Below, one piece after another: positions 10,252 to 20,600 of a stretch of 64,000 nt of DNA. Below the pieces are notes generated by a model. It saw only the letters and a program-made list of their open reading frames with translations. It was not told the DNA's origin and did not search any database. Numbering within the stretch: position 1 is the stretch's first letter; the number at the start of each line of letters is the position of its first letter. The DNA comes from Sulfurimonadaceae bacterium (lineage in GTDB: Bacteria > Campylobacterota > Campylobacteria > Campylobacterales > Sulfurimonadaceae): NCBI GenBank assembly GCA_041562555.1, contig JBFEXS010000002.1, positions 17,368 to 81,367 on the forward strand. Direction: 5' to 3'. Both the position numbers and the translations under genes were made by a program.

Positions 10252-11328
10252 TTATTCTTTGATTTCACGTTTTGCAAGTTCTTCAATCAACACAGTTGCA
10301 TAGGACCCTTTTGGCAAAGTAAAGTGAAGCTCATACCATGCTTTGTCCTCTTTATATTCAGATTCTATATCTTCGGGAAATACGAAAGCATAACGCCGGG
10401 TCCCGTCTTCATTCGTCACTGCATCAAACTCTTTTTCAACAGTATGTGCGATATCCTCACTCTTTTTCACTTTTTTACCAGGAAGTAGACCTGTCGGTGC
10501 ACGGTCTTTTTCACTAAACAAACGCGCTTCCTCATCCAAATCCTCTGCAAAGAAAATTGCTCCATACGGATAGTGCATACACAGATCACCGGGAAGCATC
10601 TTAAAAGGGTGTCGCTGCTTTTGTATCTCTTTGATCAACTGTTTATCCAGATTAAGGACCTCTGAGGCTTCACCTGCTTCCAAACCGGATATCAGTCTAC
10701 TGATCTCGATACGTCGGCTTAACCATAGATTAAAAAGATGCGACTGGTAGGCAGAAGCAAAGAGTTTTGCTTTTTTCTTATTCCTCTCTTTTCGTTTGCC
10801 TTCGATAATCTCCTGACCGATTTTATAATTATCTCCATCATTTCCAAAGCGCTGGTATCCAAAATAGTTTGGCATCCCGTCTGTTGCTATATGCTTAAGC
10901 GCTTCATCCAACTTTGCAGCTGCCACGGGAAGTACTTTTTTCAGACGAATAAAAAACCGGTTTCCTTTAAGATGCCCCGTTCGTATCTTATTGTTGTGAC
11001 GCACCTTGGAGAGTATCTTGATCTGCGGATGTTCAAAGCTGTCGATAGCGTCTTCAATACGTATCGGTACAGAGATGTATTGCGTAGTCAGAGCATGCTT
11101 GTCTTTCAATCCGGCAGTACCGACTTCCTTGACTTTAATACCCAGAGTACTACAAAGTACATCGACCATCTCCCAGGTACTAAGGTTTTTTTTTCGTACG
11201 TGCAAGATCAGGTGTTCACCCTCACCGCTAAATTCATACAAAGGAATCTCATCAACAACAAAGTCTCTTGGACTTTGTGCGAAGTGGAATGGTATCGGCG
11301 AATGTGTCAGATAATAATTTCTATTCAA
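10252..11328 (-). CDS. truD: tRNA pseudouridine(13) synthase
   Basis: DFVVDEI, GEGEH, AGLKDKHA, PNYFGYQRFG, FTLPKGSYAT. Confidence 0.97.
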   Translation of the reverse strand: MNRNYYLTHSPIPFHFAQSPRDFVVDEIPLYEFSGEGEHLILHVRKKNLSTWEMVDVLCSTLGIKVKEVGTAGLKDKHALTTQYISVPIRIEDAIDSFEHPQIKILSKVRHNNKIRTGHLKGNRFFIRLKKVLPVAAAKLDEALKHIATDGMPNYFGYQRFGNDGDNYKIGQEIIEGKRKERNKKKAKLFASAYQSHLFNLWLSRRIEISRLISGLEAGEASEVLNLDKQLIKEIQKQRHPFKMLPGDLCMHYPYGAIFFAEDLDEEARLFSEKDRAPTGLLPGKKVKKSEDIAHTVEKEFDAVTNEDGTRRYAFVFPEDIESEYKEDKAWYELHFTLPKGSYATVLIEELAKREIKE

Positions 11329-12143
11329 AAGTGGTGTGCCTTACATCTTGATTTATAGTTGCTTCGTTTTGCTTTGGCAAAAACATTGAGTTCACAGCGC
11401 TCTGCTTTGGCCAGACGAATTATTTTTTTACGTGCTCGGGCGGGAAAGCCAATAAGCATTTCATACTCTTCACCGCTGCATCCGATCTCCTTGGGAACCC
11501 TATGCAAAAACTCAAAGCCCAGCTTATTTGCTTTTGAGAGTTTGGACAGATCTGCAAAAAGCCCATCAGAGATATCCATCCCACATGACAATGCCGGAGC
11601 ACTGCGCCGGATAAACTTCTGTCGTAGTGTCGGTTTGAAAAAGCGTGAACTTCTTCGAGCCTTATCACTACGTAACAAAGAGTGCAACGCTTTTTTCGAG
11701 GAACCCAGACTGCCTGTATAGGCGAGTAGATGACCACTTTTCAATCCCACACGATGCAGGGGGTTCTTACTCTTGGATAAAATGGTAATGGTAATATCGA
11801 TCTTTACATTGGATACGGTATCACCACCAATGATTTCCACACCATATTCCCGGGCTGCTCTTTCAAAACCACTGTGCAGTTGCTTTATCTCGTGCTTACT
11901 CAAGCTTGAAGGAAGTGCAACAGCCAAAAGTGCGTACTTGGGCTCAGCATTCATCGCAATGGCATCGGAGATATTGACCAACATCGACTTATAAGCGATT
12001 TCATCCAGTCTCAGCCAACTGCGTTTAAAATGTACATTCTCAAAAAAAGCATCTTTTGAAACGATCCAACCGTCAATGATTGCCGCATCATCTCCAATGC
12101 GTTTAGAGTCAAAACAGGAGATAAAATAATCTTCTTTATTCAA
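11325..12143 (-). CDS. thiL: thiamine-monophosphate kinase
   Basis: IGDDAA, NISDAIAMNA, IIGGDT, MDISDGL, SGEEYE. Confidence 0.93.
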   Translation of the reverse strand: MNKEDYFISCFDSKRIGDDAAIIDGWIVSKDAFFENVHFKRSWLRLDEIAYKSMLVNISDAIAMNAEPKYALLAVALPSSLSKHEIKQLHSGFERAAREYGVEIIGGDTVSNVKIDITITILSKSKNPLHRVGLKSGHLLAYTGSLGSSKKALHSLLRSDKARRSSRFFKPTLRQKFIRRSAPALSCGMDISDGLFADLSKLSKANKLGFEFLHRVPKEIGCSGEEYEMLIGFPARARKKIIRLAKAERCELNVFAKAKRSNYKSRCKAHHF

Positions 12144-12391
12144 ATGTCGTCCGTTAAAGTTTTAGGTTATGCTGTTTATAAAATGAATTGTATCAAAACT
12201 TCCTTTTATCCGGATGGCACCGATTAGAACAAAATACCATTTGCTCTAAAAAATGCGAAAGACTGCCCTATTTACCCACTCTTCATTTACTTATTTGGTT
12301 TATACTTGGCTTACTGTTATGCTTAAGTCTAATTTAAAGCATACAAGTCTAAAATAAACACAATTATTAACCATATATATTAAGGACACTA

Positions 12392-13600
12392 ATGCGCTGG
12401 TCTGTTAAAAAAATCTTTGACAATATCTCCAAGACTTCTCTTTTTCTAACTGTATTACTTGGGCTTTTAGCCGCTATTATCTTCACGCTCAACTCATCTG
12501 TTGAAAAAACCGATCTTTTATTACACCAAAAGGCACTTATCAAAGAAGCCTACAACCTAGGTCGTGAAGACATACAGTTAAGCAATATTCAGCTTAAAGG
12601 GATTATGAACAATATCAAGCATGATATCACTAAAATGAAGGATGCTTACACTTTCGATCTTCTCGGTGCATTTTTACTCGGTCACACCAAGGAATATGTT
12701 AATGACCTTGAACAACTAAGCATCAAACAACTTCTCTATATTGAAGCTGCCTATGCCTATTATGACCAGAGTCTGGAGAACCTTCCGATGCGTCTGGATG
12801 ATTATGACTTTGCTCAGGCTGAATATGAGGCGAAGATTTTTGAGCTTGAAGAGAAGCACCTTATATACGAATCCCAGAAGTTCAATATTTATCAATATAT
12901 CGTCTATCTTGCCTTTTTGGTCTCACTCATGTCAACCCTCTGGTTCACACGCAGACTCTCTTTTATCTATAAAGACCTGCGCACACTTTATTCCGTTGAT
13001 GAGAATGGTAAAAGCCGTATGTTCTTGACAGAAGAAGCTGAGATGATCACTAAACGTATGTCCCGCAAACCTACAGCGACAGAAAACCCTGCTTTTATTG
13101 ATCCGGTAACTGAGGTCAATAACTATAAAGGACTTTTACATGGATTTGCAAACCGCAAAGGCAATAACGGTGCTTCCCTAACCGTTTGTGTTTTTGCTAT
13201 CGACAACTTCAAAGAGCTCGAGAAAAAATATAAAAAAGACCTTACGAACCAGATCCTTAAGAAGATTGCCTTTATGTTCTCACTATATGAACAACATACG
13301 GATGTATTGGGTCGTATTGACTATGACCAGTTTGTTCTTGTACTCAATAGAGCCACAAAGGATGCTGCACTTAACGATTGTGAACAGCTGAGAAAAAGTA
13401 TTGAAGAAGCTAAGTTCAAGGCACCAAAGGGTGAAAGTATCAGTGTCACTGTCAGTGGTGGTTTCGTTGTCAAAACACCGAATAAGCAACTTGACCAGAC
13501 TATTGCCCATGCAAAAGAAGTGCTGGTTGCAGCCATCAAACAAGGTGGTAACAAAATCGCGCAACTGCGTGACAGTTCGGACAAACAACTCCGAGTCTGA
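12392..13600 (+). CDS. two-TM membrane protein with degenerate GGDEF domain
   Basis: two TM helices around a periplasmic region; DPVTEVNN, IDNFK, VTVSGG, GGNK; the A-site reads GRIDYDQF. Confidence 0.88.
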   Translation: MRWSVKKIFDNISKTSLFLTVLLGLLAAIIFTLNSSVEKTDLLLHQKALIKEAYNLGREDIQLSNIQLKGIMNNIKHDITKMKDAYTFDLLGAFLLGHTKEYVNDLEQLSIKQLLYIEAAYAYYDQSLENLPMRLDDYDFAQAEYEAKIFELEEKHLIYESQKFNIYQYIVYLAFLVSLMSTLWFTRRLSFIYKDLRTLYSVDENGKSRMFLTEEAEMITKRMSRKPTATENPAFIDPVTEVNNYKGLLHGFANRKGNNGASLTVCVFAIDNFKELEKKYKKDLTNQILKKIAFMFSLYEQHTDVLGRIDYDQFVLVLNRATKDAALNDCEQLRKSIEEAKFKAPKGESISVTVSGGFVVKTPNKQLDQTIAHAKEVLVAAIKQGGNKIAQLRDSSDKQLRV

Positions 13601-13721
13601 TTCTTCCCCGGTAGCTGCTACACATCGTAGCAAGCCCAAACCATCCCTGCTTCAAAGCGTAACATCACCGCTTTTACCTTCAGAACCAGGTCGCTTTAAC
13701 CTTCTACAAGTATTTACAAGA

Positions 13722-13749
13722 TATAATCGTGAAAAATATTTTCGGAGGA
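13722..13749 (+). promoter_or_regulatory. sigma70 -10 box and SD for sdhA
   Basis: TATAAT at 13722-13727; GGAGG 6 nt before the ATG at 13756. Confidence 0.6.
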
Positions 13750-13755
13750 TTGCGA

Positions 13756-15468
13756 ATGAGTATTCCTATTTATACTTATGATGCCATTGTTGTCGGTGCT
13801 GGTCTTGCAGGCTGTGCCGCAGCATTAGAGCTGGAAAAAGCTGGCAAAAAAGTCGCTGTAATTACAAAACTACACCCTTTACGTTCACACTCAGGTGCAG
13901 CGCAAGGTGGGATCAATGCTGCCTTTAGTGATGCAGACAGTGTTGACCTACATGAATTTGACACAGTGAAGGGAGCAGACTATCTTGCTGATCAAGATTG
14001 TGTTGAGTTTATGTGTCAAAAAGCTCCGGAGACTATCCGTTGGGCTGAACGCATGGGTGCAGCTTTTTCTCGTACAGAAGATGGGAAGATCGCACAAAGA
14101 CCTTTTGGTGGTCAATCATCTCCACGTGCTTGTTTTGCAAAAGACCGTACCGGTCTTACTCTTTTACAAACTATTTATGAGCAAGCACACCGTTATGGTG
14201 TAACCTTCTTTGATGAATGGTATGCAGCTGACTTACTCTATGAAAACGGTAAAGTATACGGAGTTGCTGCTTTTGATATCCGCAATTCAGAAAAAGCAAT
14301 CTTCAACGCAAAAACAGTCATGTTCGCTACTGGTGGATATGCACGCTCTTTCAAAATCAACTCCAACGCACACGCAAATACAGGTGATGGACTTTCTCTT
14401 GTTGCTCGTCATGGTCTTCCACTTGAAGATATGGAATTTGTACAGTTCCACCCGTCAGGTCTTTCAGGGAACGGTGTTCTTATTTCTGAAGCGGCACGTG
14501 GTGAAGGTGGACGCCTTCTTAACTCTGAGGGTGAGCGTTTTATGGAAAAATATGCGCCTAACGCTATGGAACTTGCTTCCCGCGATGTTGTTGCCCGTGC
14601 TATTATCCAGGAGATTCGTGAAGGACGTGGAGTCGGTCCTCGTAAAGATGCGGTTTACATTGACCTAGTACACCTTGGCAAAGACCTTATTATGGAAAGA
14701 CTTCCGGAACTCCGTGATCTTGCGATCACATTCTTGGGTCTTGATATGATCAAAGAGCCTATTTTGATCTCTGCAACGGCACACTACTCAATGGGTGGTA
14801 TACCATGTGATGTCAAAGGACATGTACGCAAAAACAATGACGAGTTTGTAGAAGGCTTCTACGCTGCCGGTGAATGTGCTTGTGTATCTGTACACGGGGC
14901 AAACCGCCTAGGTGCCAATTCTGTTCTTGAAGCACTTCTGTTTGGCCGATTCGTCGGTAAGACAATGGTTGAAGAAGTTGACAGCATTGAACTACGCAAA
15001 GCTTCTCAAGACGATGCAAAACGTATGGAAGAAGAGCTTGAATTCATTCTTACAAACAATGGAACGGAGAAAGTATCAGATCTCAGACATGAACTTCAGC
15101 AATCCATGACAGACAATGCAGGTGTTTTCCGTACAGAAGAGACACTTGCTACCCAAGTCAATAAAATCAAAGAACTGCGTGAACGTTATAAGAACATCCG
15201 AATTGCTGACAAGTCTAAGATATTTAATACAGAGATGCAAGAAGCGATCGAATTTGGTCATATGCTTGATTACTGTGCATTTATTGTCCAAGCTGCCTTG
15301 GCACGTAAAGAGAGCCGTGGTGCTCACTACCGTGAAGACTACCCGACACGTGATGACGAGAACTTCTTAAAACACACTATGGGATACATGGACAAAGATG
15401 GAAACATCAGTCTGGACTATATGGACGTTGTTCTTGGTAAACATGAGCTTAAAGCTAGAACGTATTAA
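13756..15468 (+). CDS. sdhA: succinate dehydrogenase/fumarate reductase flavoprotein (type E-like complex)
   Basis: [16 protein letters not shown] (FAD His), [41 protein letters not shown]; start moved to the ATG with an SD. Confidence 0.95.
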   Translation: MSIPIYTYDAIVVGAGLAGCAAALELEKAGKKVAVITKLHPLRSHSGAAQGGINAAFSDADSVDLHEFDTVKGADYLADQDCVEFMCQKAPETIRWAERMGAAFSRTEDGKIAQRPFGGQSSPRACFAKDRTGLTLLQTIYEQAHRYGVTFFDEWYAADLLYENGKVYGVAAFDIRNSEKAIFNAKTVMFATGGYARSFKINSNAHANTGDGLSLVARHGLPLEDMEFVQFHPSGLSGNGVLISEAARGEGGRLLNSEGERFMEKYAPNAMELASRDVVARAIIQEIREGRGVGPRKDAVYIDLVHLGKDLIMERLPELRDLAITFLGLDMIKEPILISATAHYSMGGIPCDVKGHVRKNNDEFVEGFYAAGECACVSVHGANRLGANSVLEALLFGRFVGKTMVEEVDSIELRKASQDDAKRMEEELEFILTNNGTEKVSDLRHELQQSMTDNAGVFRTEETLATQVNKIKELRERYKNIRIADKSKIFNTEMQEAIEFGHMLDYCAFIVQAALARKESRGAHYREDYPTRDDENFLKHTMGYMDKDGNISLDYMDVVLGKHELKARTY

Positions 15469-15477
15469 GGAGAAAAG

Positions 15478-16458
15478 ATGAGTGTAATTCCAACGAAAAA
15501 AATCACCTTCAAAATGTTCCGCTTTAACAGCGAAACAGACTATCTGCCGACATACATCGATTATGATGTAGATGTAACACACGAGAACGTCATCCTTGAT
15601 ATTCTTACCCATATCAAGAATGAGGTTGATGGAACGCTATCTTACCGCCGTTCTTGCCGTCATGGTATCTGTGGTATCTGTTCTGTCAAAGTCAATGGAA
15701 AAGCAATCCTTGCATGTAAAGAGAATGTACTTCAACTGGTTAAAACTTACGGGACAACATTAACGATTGAGCCATTAAGCATCAAACGCGCGATGAAAGA
15801 CCTTATCATCGATAAAGAGGACTTCTGGGTCAAACACGATCAAGTCAAACCTTACCTTATCTCCGACGTTGAAGAACATCCTGAACACGAACATATCGTC
15901 ACACCGGCAGAAGCAGAAGAACTTCTTGAAGCTGACTACTGTATTCAATGTGGTGCATGTCACTATTCGTGTCCTTCCCTTGAAATAAACGATGCCTTCA
16001 TCGGGCCTGCAGCTTTTGCAAAGGCGTATCGTTTTGAAGCAGATGTACGTGACGATGCTCACCGCGAGCGTCTTGATGTTATCAATGCGGAAGGGCAAGG
16101 TGTTTGGGACTGTGTCAAATGTATGGAATGTGCGGAAGTTTGTCCAAAAGACGTTAATCCGATCGAGAAGATTACTAAGCTACACAACATGGTCTTTACA
16201 GAGGGTAAACCACTTAACAACATCGCGACACGCCATGCTGTTTACTTTAAAGACTCTATTGCGAAGCACGGTCAGTTGAATGAAGCAGGCTTGGTCATAT
16301 ACTCTGAAAAGGGTTACGGTATGTATAAGCACCTTAAAGTTGGCGCAAAGATGATTGCCAAAGGTAAAGCTCATATCAATCCATTGATTGTTCCAAAATC
16401 AGACAAACTAGACGAGATCAAAAAACTAGTTGAGATCTCTTCTACAGCAAAATTCTAA
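15478..16458 (+). CDS. sdhB: Sdh/Frd iron-sulfur subunit, 2Fe-2S plus two 4Fe-4S
   Basis: SCRHGICGIC..C, CIQCGAC...CP, CVKCMEC...CP, C-terminal extension. Confidence 0.95.
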   Translation: MSVIPTKKITFKMFRFNSETDYLPTYIDYDVDVTHENVILDILTHIKNEVDGTLSYRRSCRHGICGICSVKVNGKAILACKENVLQLVKTYGTTLTIEPLSIKRAMKDLIIDKEDFWVKHDQVKPYLISDVEEHPEHEHIVTPAEAEELLEADYCIQCGACHYSCPSLEINDAFIGPAAFAKAYRFEADVRDDAHRERLDVINAEGQGVWDCVKCMECAEVCPKDVNPIEKITKLHNMVFTEGKPLNNIATRHAVYFKDSIAKHGQLNEAGLVIYSEKGYGMYKHLKVGAKMIAKGKAHINPLIVPKSDKLDEIKKLVEISSTAKF

Positions 16459-16468
16459 GGAGTACACG

Positions 16469-17347
16469 ATGTCTACACTTAAATATGCACTATTTACCGG
16501 TTGTACAGCACGTCAAAGTACACCTGAACAAATGATGTCTACTATGGCTATCGCCAATAAAATGGGGATCGAGTTGGAGATCCTTGAAGAGGCTACCTGT
16601 TGTGGTGCTTCTCACCTTCAAGATTATGATGAGTTCTTATCATTAGTTCTTAATGCACGTAATATCTGTTATGCAGAGTCACGTGGTATGACAATGGTCA
16701 CGATCTGTAATACCTGTCAGTTGAACACAATGCTGACAAAGCGCCGTCTTGACAATGATCCTGAGATGAAAGCAAAAGTAAATGAGAAGCTTGCAGAAGT
16801 CGGTCTGGAGTACAAGGGTACTTCCGAGATCAAACACTTCTTGTATGCCATCATTGATGACTTCGGTCTTGACAAGCTTAAGTCTATGGTAGTTAAACCG
16901 CTTGCAGAGTTCAACATCGCACCGTTCTACGGTTGTCACAACATTCGTCCTTCCGAGACGCATGAAGATTCAAACGGACATGAGAACGCTTATGCACCGA
17001 CCTCGCTTGATGATCTTATCCTGGCATGTGGCGGTAACAACGTCGATTATGATGAAAAGAATAAATGCTGTGGTTTCCATGCAGAACTTCAAGCACCGCA
17101 TACAGCAGCCACACTGACAGGTAATGCTCTGATGGGTGCAATGGACAACAATGCAGACTGGATGGTAACACCATGTCCACTCTGTCACCTGAAGCTGGAT
17201 ACACAGTACGAGCACGCTTCTAAAGCTGTCGGTCGTGACGTAAAGCTTCCGGTTTTACACATGCAACAGATGATCGGTCTTGCTTTCGGAATTGATGGCA
17301 AAGAACTTGGTCTTCAACACCACGTATCCGAAGTAAACTTCGTATAA
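16469..17347 (+). CDS. sdhE: CCG-domain (HdrB-like) membrane-anchor subunit (SdhE in the Wolinella sense, not the flavinylation factor)
   Basis: FTGC, TCCG, CNTC, YGCH, CCG, PCPLC; SD AAGGAG before the ATG at 16469. Confidence 0.92.
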   Translation: MSTLKYALFTGCTARQSTPEQMMSTMAIANKMGIELEILEEATCCGASHLQDYDEFLSLVLNARNICYAESRGMTMVTICNTCQLNTMLTKRRLDNDPEMKAKVNEKLAEVGLEYKGTSEIKHFLYAIIDDFGLDKLKSMVVKPLAEFNIAPFYGCHNIRPSETHEDSNGHENAYAPTSLDDLILACGGNNVDYDEKNKCCGFHAELQAPHTAATLTGNALMGAMDNNADWMVTPCPLCHLKLDTQYEHASKAVGRDVKLPVLHMQQMIGLAFGIDGKELGLQHHVSEVNFV

Positions 17348-17354
17348 CTTTGGC

Positions 17355-17376
17355 AGTAAGGCAAACTAGCCTTACT
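17355..17376 (+). terminator. hairpin after sdhE
   Basis: AGTAAGGC-AAACTA-GCCTTACT; weak U tail. Confidence 0.55.
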
Positions 17377-17409
17377 CCTCACACTCCCTCAGCCATCATC
17401 CAGATATAT

Positions 17410-17430
17410 AATATTTTATAATAAAATATT
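17410..17430. promoter_or_regulatory. perfect AT-rich palindrome upstream of putA
   Basis: AATATTTTAT-A-ATAAAATATT. Confidence 0.4.
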
Positions 17431-17504
17431 CTTTCCTTGACCTAATAAAGGTAACACTTTCGATGATTTTATATGAATCTAAAAATCTATCCAGATTTAA
17501 AGCG

Positions 17505-17520
17505 AGGTACAAGTTTTGCC
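17505..17520 (+). promoter_or_regulatory. putative sigma54 -24/-12 promoter for putA-putP-proB
   Basis: AGGTAC-AAGTT-TTGC with exact GG-N10-GC spacing. Confidence 0.45.
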
Positions 17521-17631
17521 TTGTTAGTATGCACAACATATGTTTATTTCAAAACACTTAGGACAAAAATATTATCAGCACCTGGATTTCATATCTGTAT
17601 ATTTTGTTGATTACAACAAGGATAGATACGC

Positions 17632-20600
17632 ATGAAAATCACTCCTAACGAATTTAAAGACGCCAAGTCACTGGCCTCACAATGGCAAGAGTCCATCTCT
17701 AAAAACCGTGAACCCGAAGAGAAAAAGTTTCACGAGATGATGGTCAATATGCTCAAAGACCCTCTAAATAAAGTCTTTCTTATCGAACTTCTTGATCAAA
17801 GTTTCAGATCACAAAACCCTGAGCGCATTGCAAAACAGATCGAATATGTATTTGAGCAGTATGAAGACACGAGTATTTTCTCTGACTTTGAAGCACTACT
17901 TATCGCCCTCTTTCGTTCTGTGGGCATGTGGTTTCCGAGACTTTCGATCCCTATGTTTATCAACTACCTGCGAAATGATATCAGCCGTATCGTCATCAAG
18001 GGCGAATCAAAAGCCCTAACGGATCATCTGCAGATGCGCCGCAATGAGGGAACCCGGGTCAATATCAATCTTATCGGTGAAGCCGTCTTAGGCGAAAAAG
18101 AGGCACGCGAACGCATTGAAAAGTATAAGGATGCCTTGAGTAACCCTAATATCGACTATATCTCGATAAAAATATCCACTATATTCTCACAGATAAACCC
18201 TCTGGCCCATGAGTGGAGTGTCGAACAATTAAAAGCACGACTGAGTGAGATCTATCAAGCAGCGATGAAATACCCTTTCACAGATACACAAGGATATACC
18301 CAAGCAAAGTTTGTCAATCTGGATATGGAAGAATATCGTGACCTTCATCTTACTCTCGACGCCTTTAAAACGACACTTGAACAAGATGAGTTTAAAAACT
18401 TTCATGCAGGTATCGTTCTTCAAACCTATCTTCCAGACACACTAAAAGAACTAAAATCCCTTGCACAGTGGGCAAAAGACAGGGTTCACAGTGGAGGTGC
18501 ACCGATCAAAGTGCGTCTTGTCAAAGGTGCCAACCAGGAGATGGAACTTACCGAGGCAAGCTTGCGTCATTGGGAATGTGTAACCTACCTAAAGAAAGAG
18601 TATAGTGATGCCAATTATAAGATTTGTATGGACTTTTTACTTGATCCCGAAGTTGCGCCCTATGTGCACATCGGTATAGCATCCCATAACCTTTTTGATC
18701 ATGCCCTTGCCAATATTCTGGCCAGCTCTCGTCAAGTAGAACAGTATTATACTGCTGAGATGCTTGAAGGCATGAGTGAGACAGCCTATAAACTTCTCAA
18801 GTCAAAGGGTATCAATGTTATCCTCTATGCCCCAATCGCAACGGCGAAAACCTTTACCAACGCTATCGCCTATTTAGTCCGCCGCTTTGATGAAAACACA
18901 GCAGATCAGAACTTCTTACGCTACAGTTTTGGACTTCAAATGAGATCGCCTGAATGGGAAAAGCTCCTGCAGAGCTATGACAAGTCTATAGAGGCCATCC
19001 CCTTCACATCCCAGATGCCCTTTAGAACACAAGATCGCAATCAGTCGCCTCATCCATGTACAACAAAAGTTGAGGACTACCGCTTCAAAAACGTAGCGGA
19101 CACAGATTTTTCGCTTTCGCAAAACAGGGTCTGGGCCGTAAAAATACGTGATAAATGGCAAAACATATCTAAAGAAGGAGGATTTCATGCCATGCCTGTC
19201 GTCGATGGCAAGCCACTTCCGAAGAAAAGTCCTCTCCGTGTTATAGACAAGTCCCAATACCATCAAGAGATCACCGTAGGCTCTTACACGAATGCAGATG
19301 CCTCAGATCTGCTCAAAGCGGTTGAAGTCGCGGCGCTTGATCCTGATGGCTGGAGAGAGAAAAGTCTTTCGCAGCGCCAGGAAATTTTAATGCAGGTAGG
19401 TGTAGAACTTGAAAGACGACGCGGTGATCTTATCGGTGTCGCTGCTGCCGAAGTCGGAAAGGTCTTCACTGAAACAGATGTAGAAGTCAGTGAAGCGATC
19501 GATTTTTGTAATTTTTACCCTTACAGTGTACGTCAGATCAATAGCTATACCGGCATTCATACCCGTGGCAAAGGTGTCGGTCTTGTCGTCTCCCCCTGGA
19601 ACTTCCCCGTAGCCATTCCGACCGGAGGTGTTGCCGCAAGTCTTGCTGCAGGAAACACCGTACTTATCAAACCTGCTTCAAACGCCGTACTTTGTGCCTA
19701 TATGATGTGTGAATGTTTTTGGGCGGCAGGTGTCAGTAAAAGGACGCTGCAATTTATACCTACTCCGGGCAAACTGGCCGGTGAAATACTCATTCCAAAC
19801 AAAAAAATTGACTTCGTCATCTTTACCGGAGGTGAGCAGACCGCCTATGATATGCTCAAAGTCAAACCCGATCTACATTTAAGTGCTGAGACCGGGGGAA
19901 AAGATGCCACCATAGTCACCTCTCTGGCGGACCGGGATCAAGCGATCAAGAATGTTGTCGCTTCTGCGTTTAATAACTCCGGGCAAAAATGTTCCGCCAC
20001 TTCTTTGCTTATCCTCGAAAAAGAACTGTATGAAGACAATGCTTTCATGAACAACCTTGTTGATGTGGCATCTTCCCTGGAAGTCGGTTCTGTATGGGAC
20101 TTTAAAAACCGCATAGGTGCACTCTCGGATCTGCCGCAAGGAAACCTGAACAAAGCCCTGCACCACCTCGATCCAAAAGAGAGATGGGCACTTCAGCCTT
20201 CCTATGCAGACCGTGATAATCCATATATGCTAAGACCTTCTATCCGGTATGGAACCCAAGCCGGCGATTTTTGCCATATGCATGAGCTCTTTGGTCCCGT
20301 ACTAAGCGTAATGAAGGCAGATTCCCTGGACGAAGGGATCGAGCTTGTCAATGCTACCGGCTATGGGCTTACCTCCGGTATAGAGTCTCTGGACAGAAGA
20401 GAACAGGAGTTCTGGAAAGAGAGACTTAAAGCAGGAAATCTTTATATCAACCGTATGACGACCGGTGCCATTGTATTACGTCAACCCTTTGGCGGTATGG
20501 GAAAATCGGCCATAGGTAGCGGGCGTAAAGCAGGCGGTCTGAATTATGTTGCCCAGTTCATGGACATAGGTTCGACCGGTGCACTCTTACTCAAAAGTGC

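Noticed and set aside
12144..12391. Possible TPP riboswitch before thiL, or sigma54 site at TGGCAC
   Set aside because: No CTGAGA/AGCGTAGGGA core; TGGCAC lacks a GC at the -12 spacing
13729..13755. Upstream GTG start of sdhA given by the ORF track
   Set aside because: It lies 1 nt after the -10 box, upstream of the likely TSS; the ATG at 13756 has an SD
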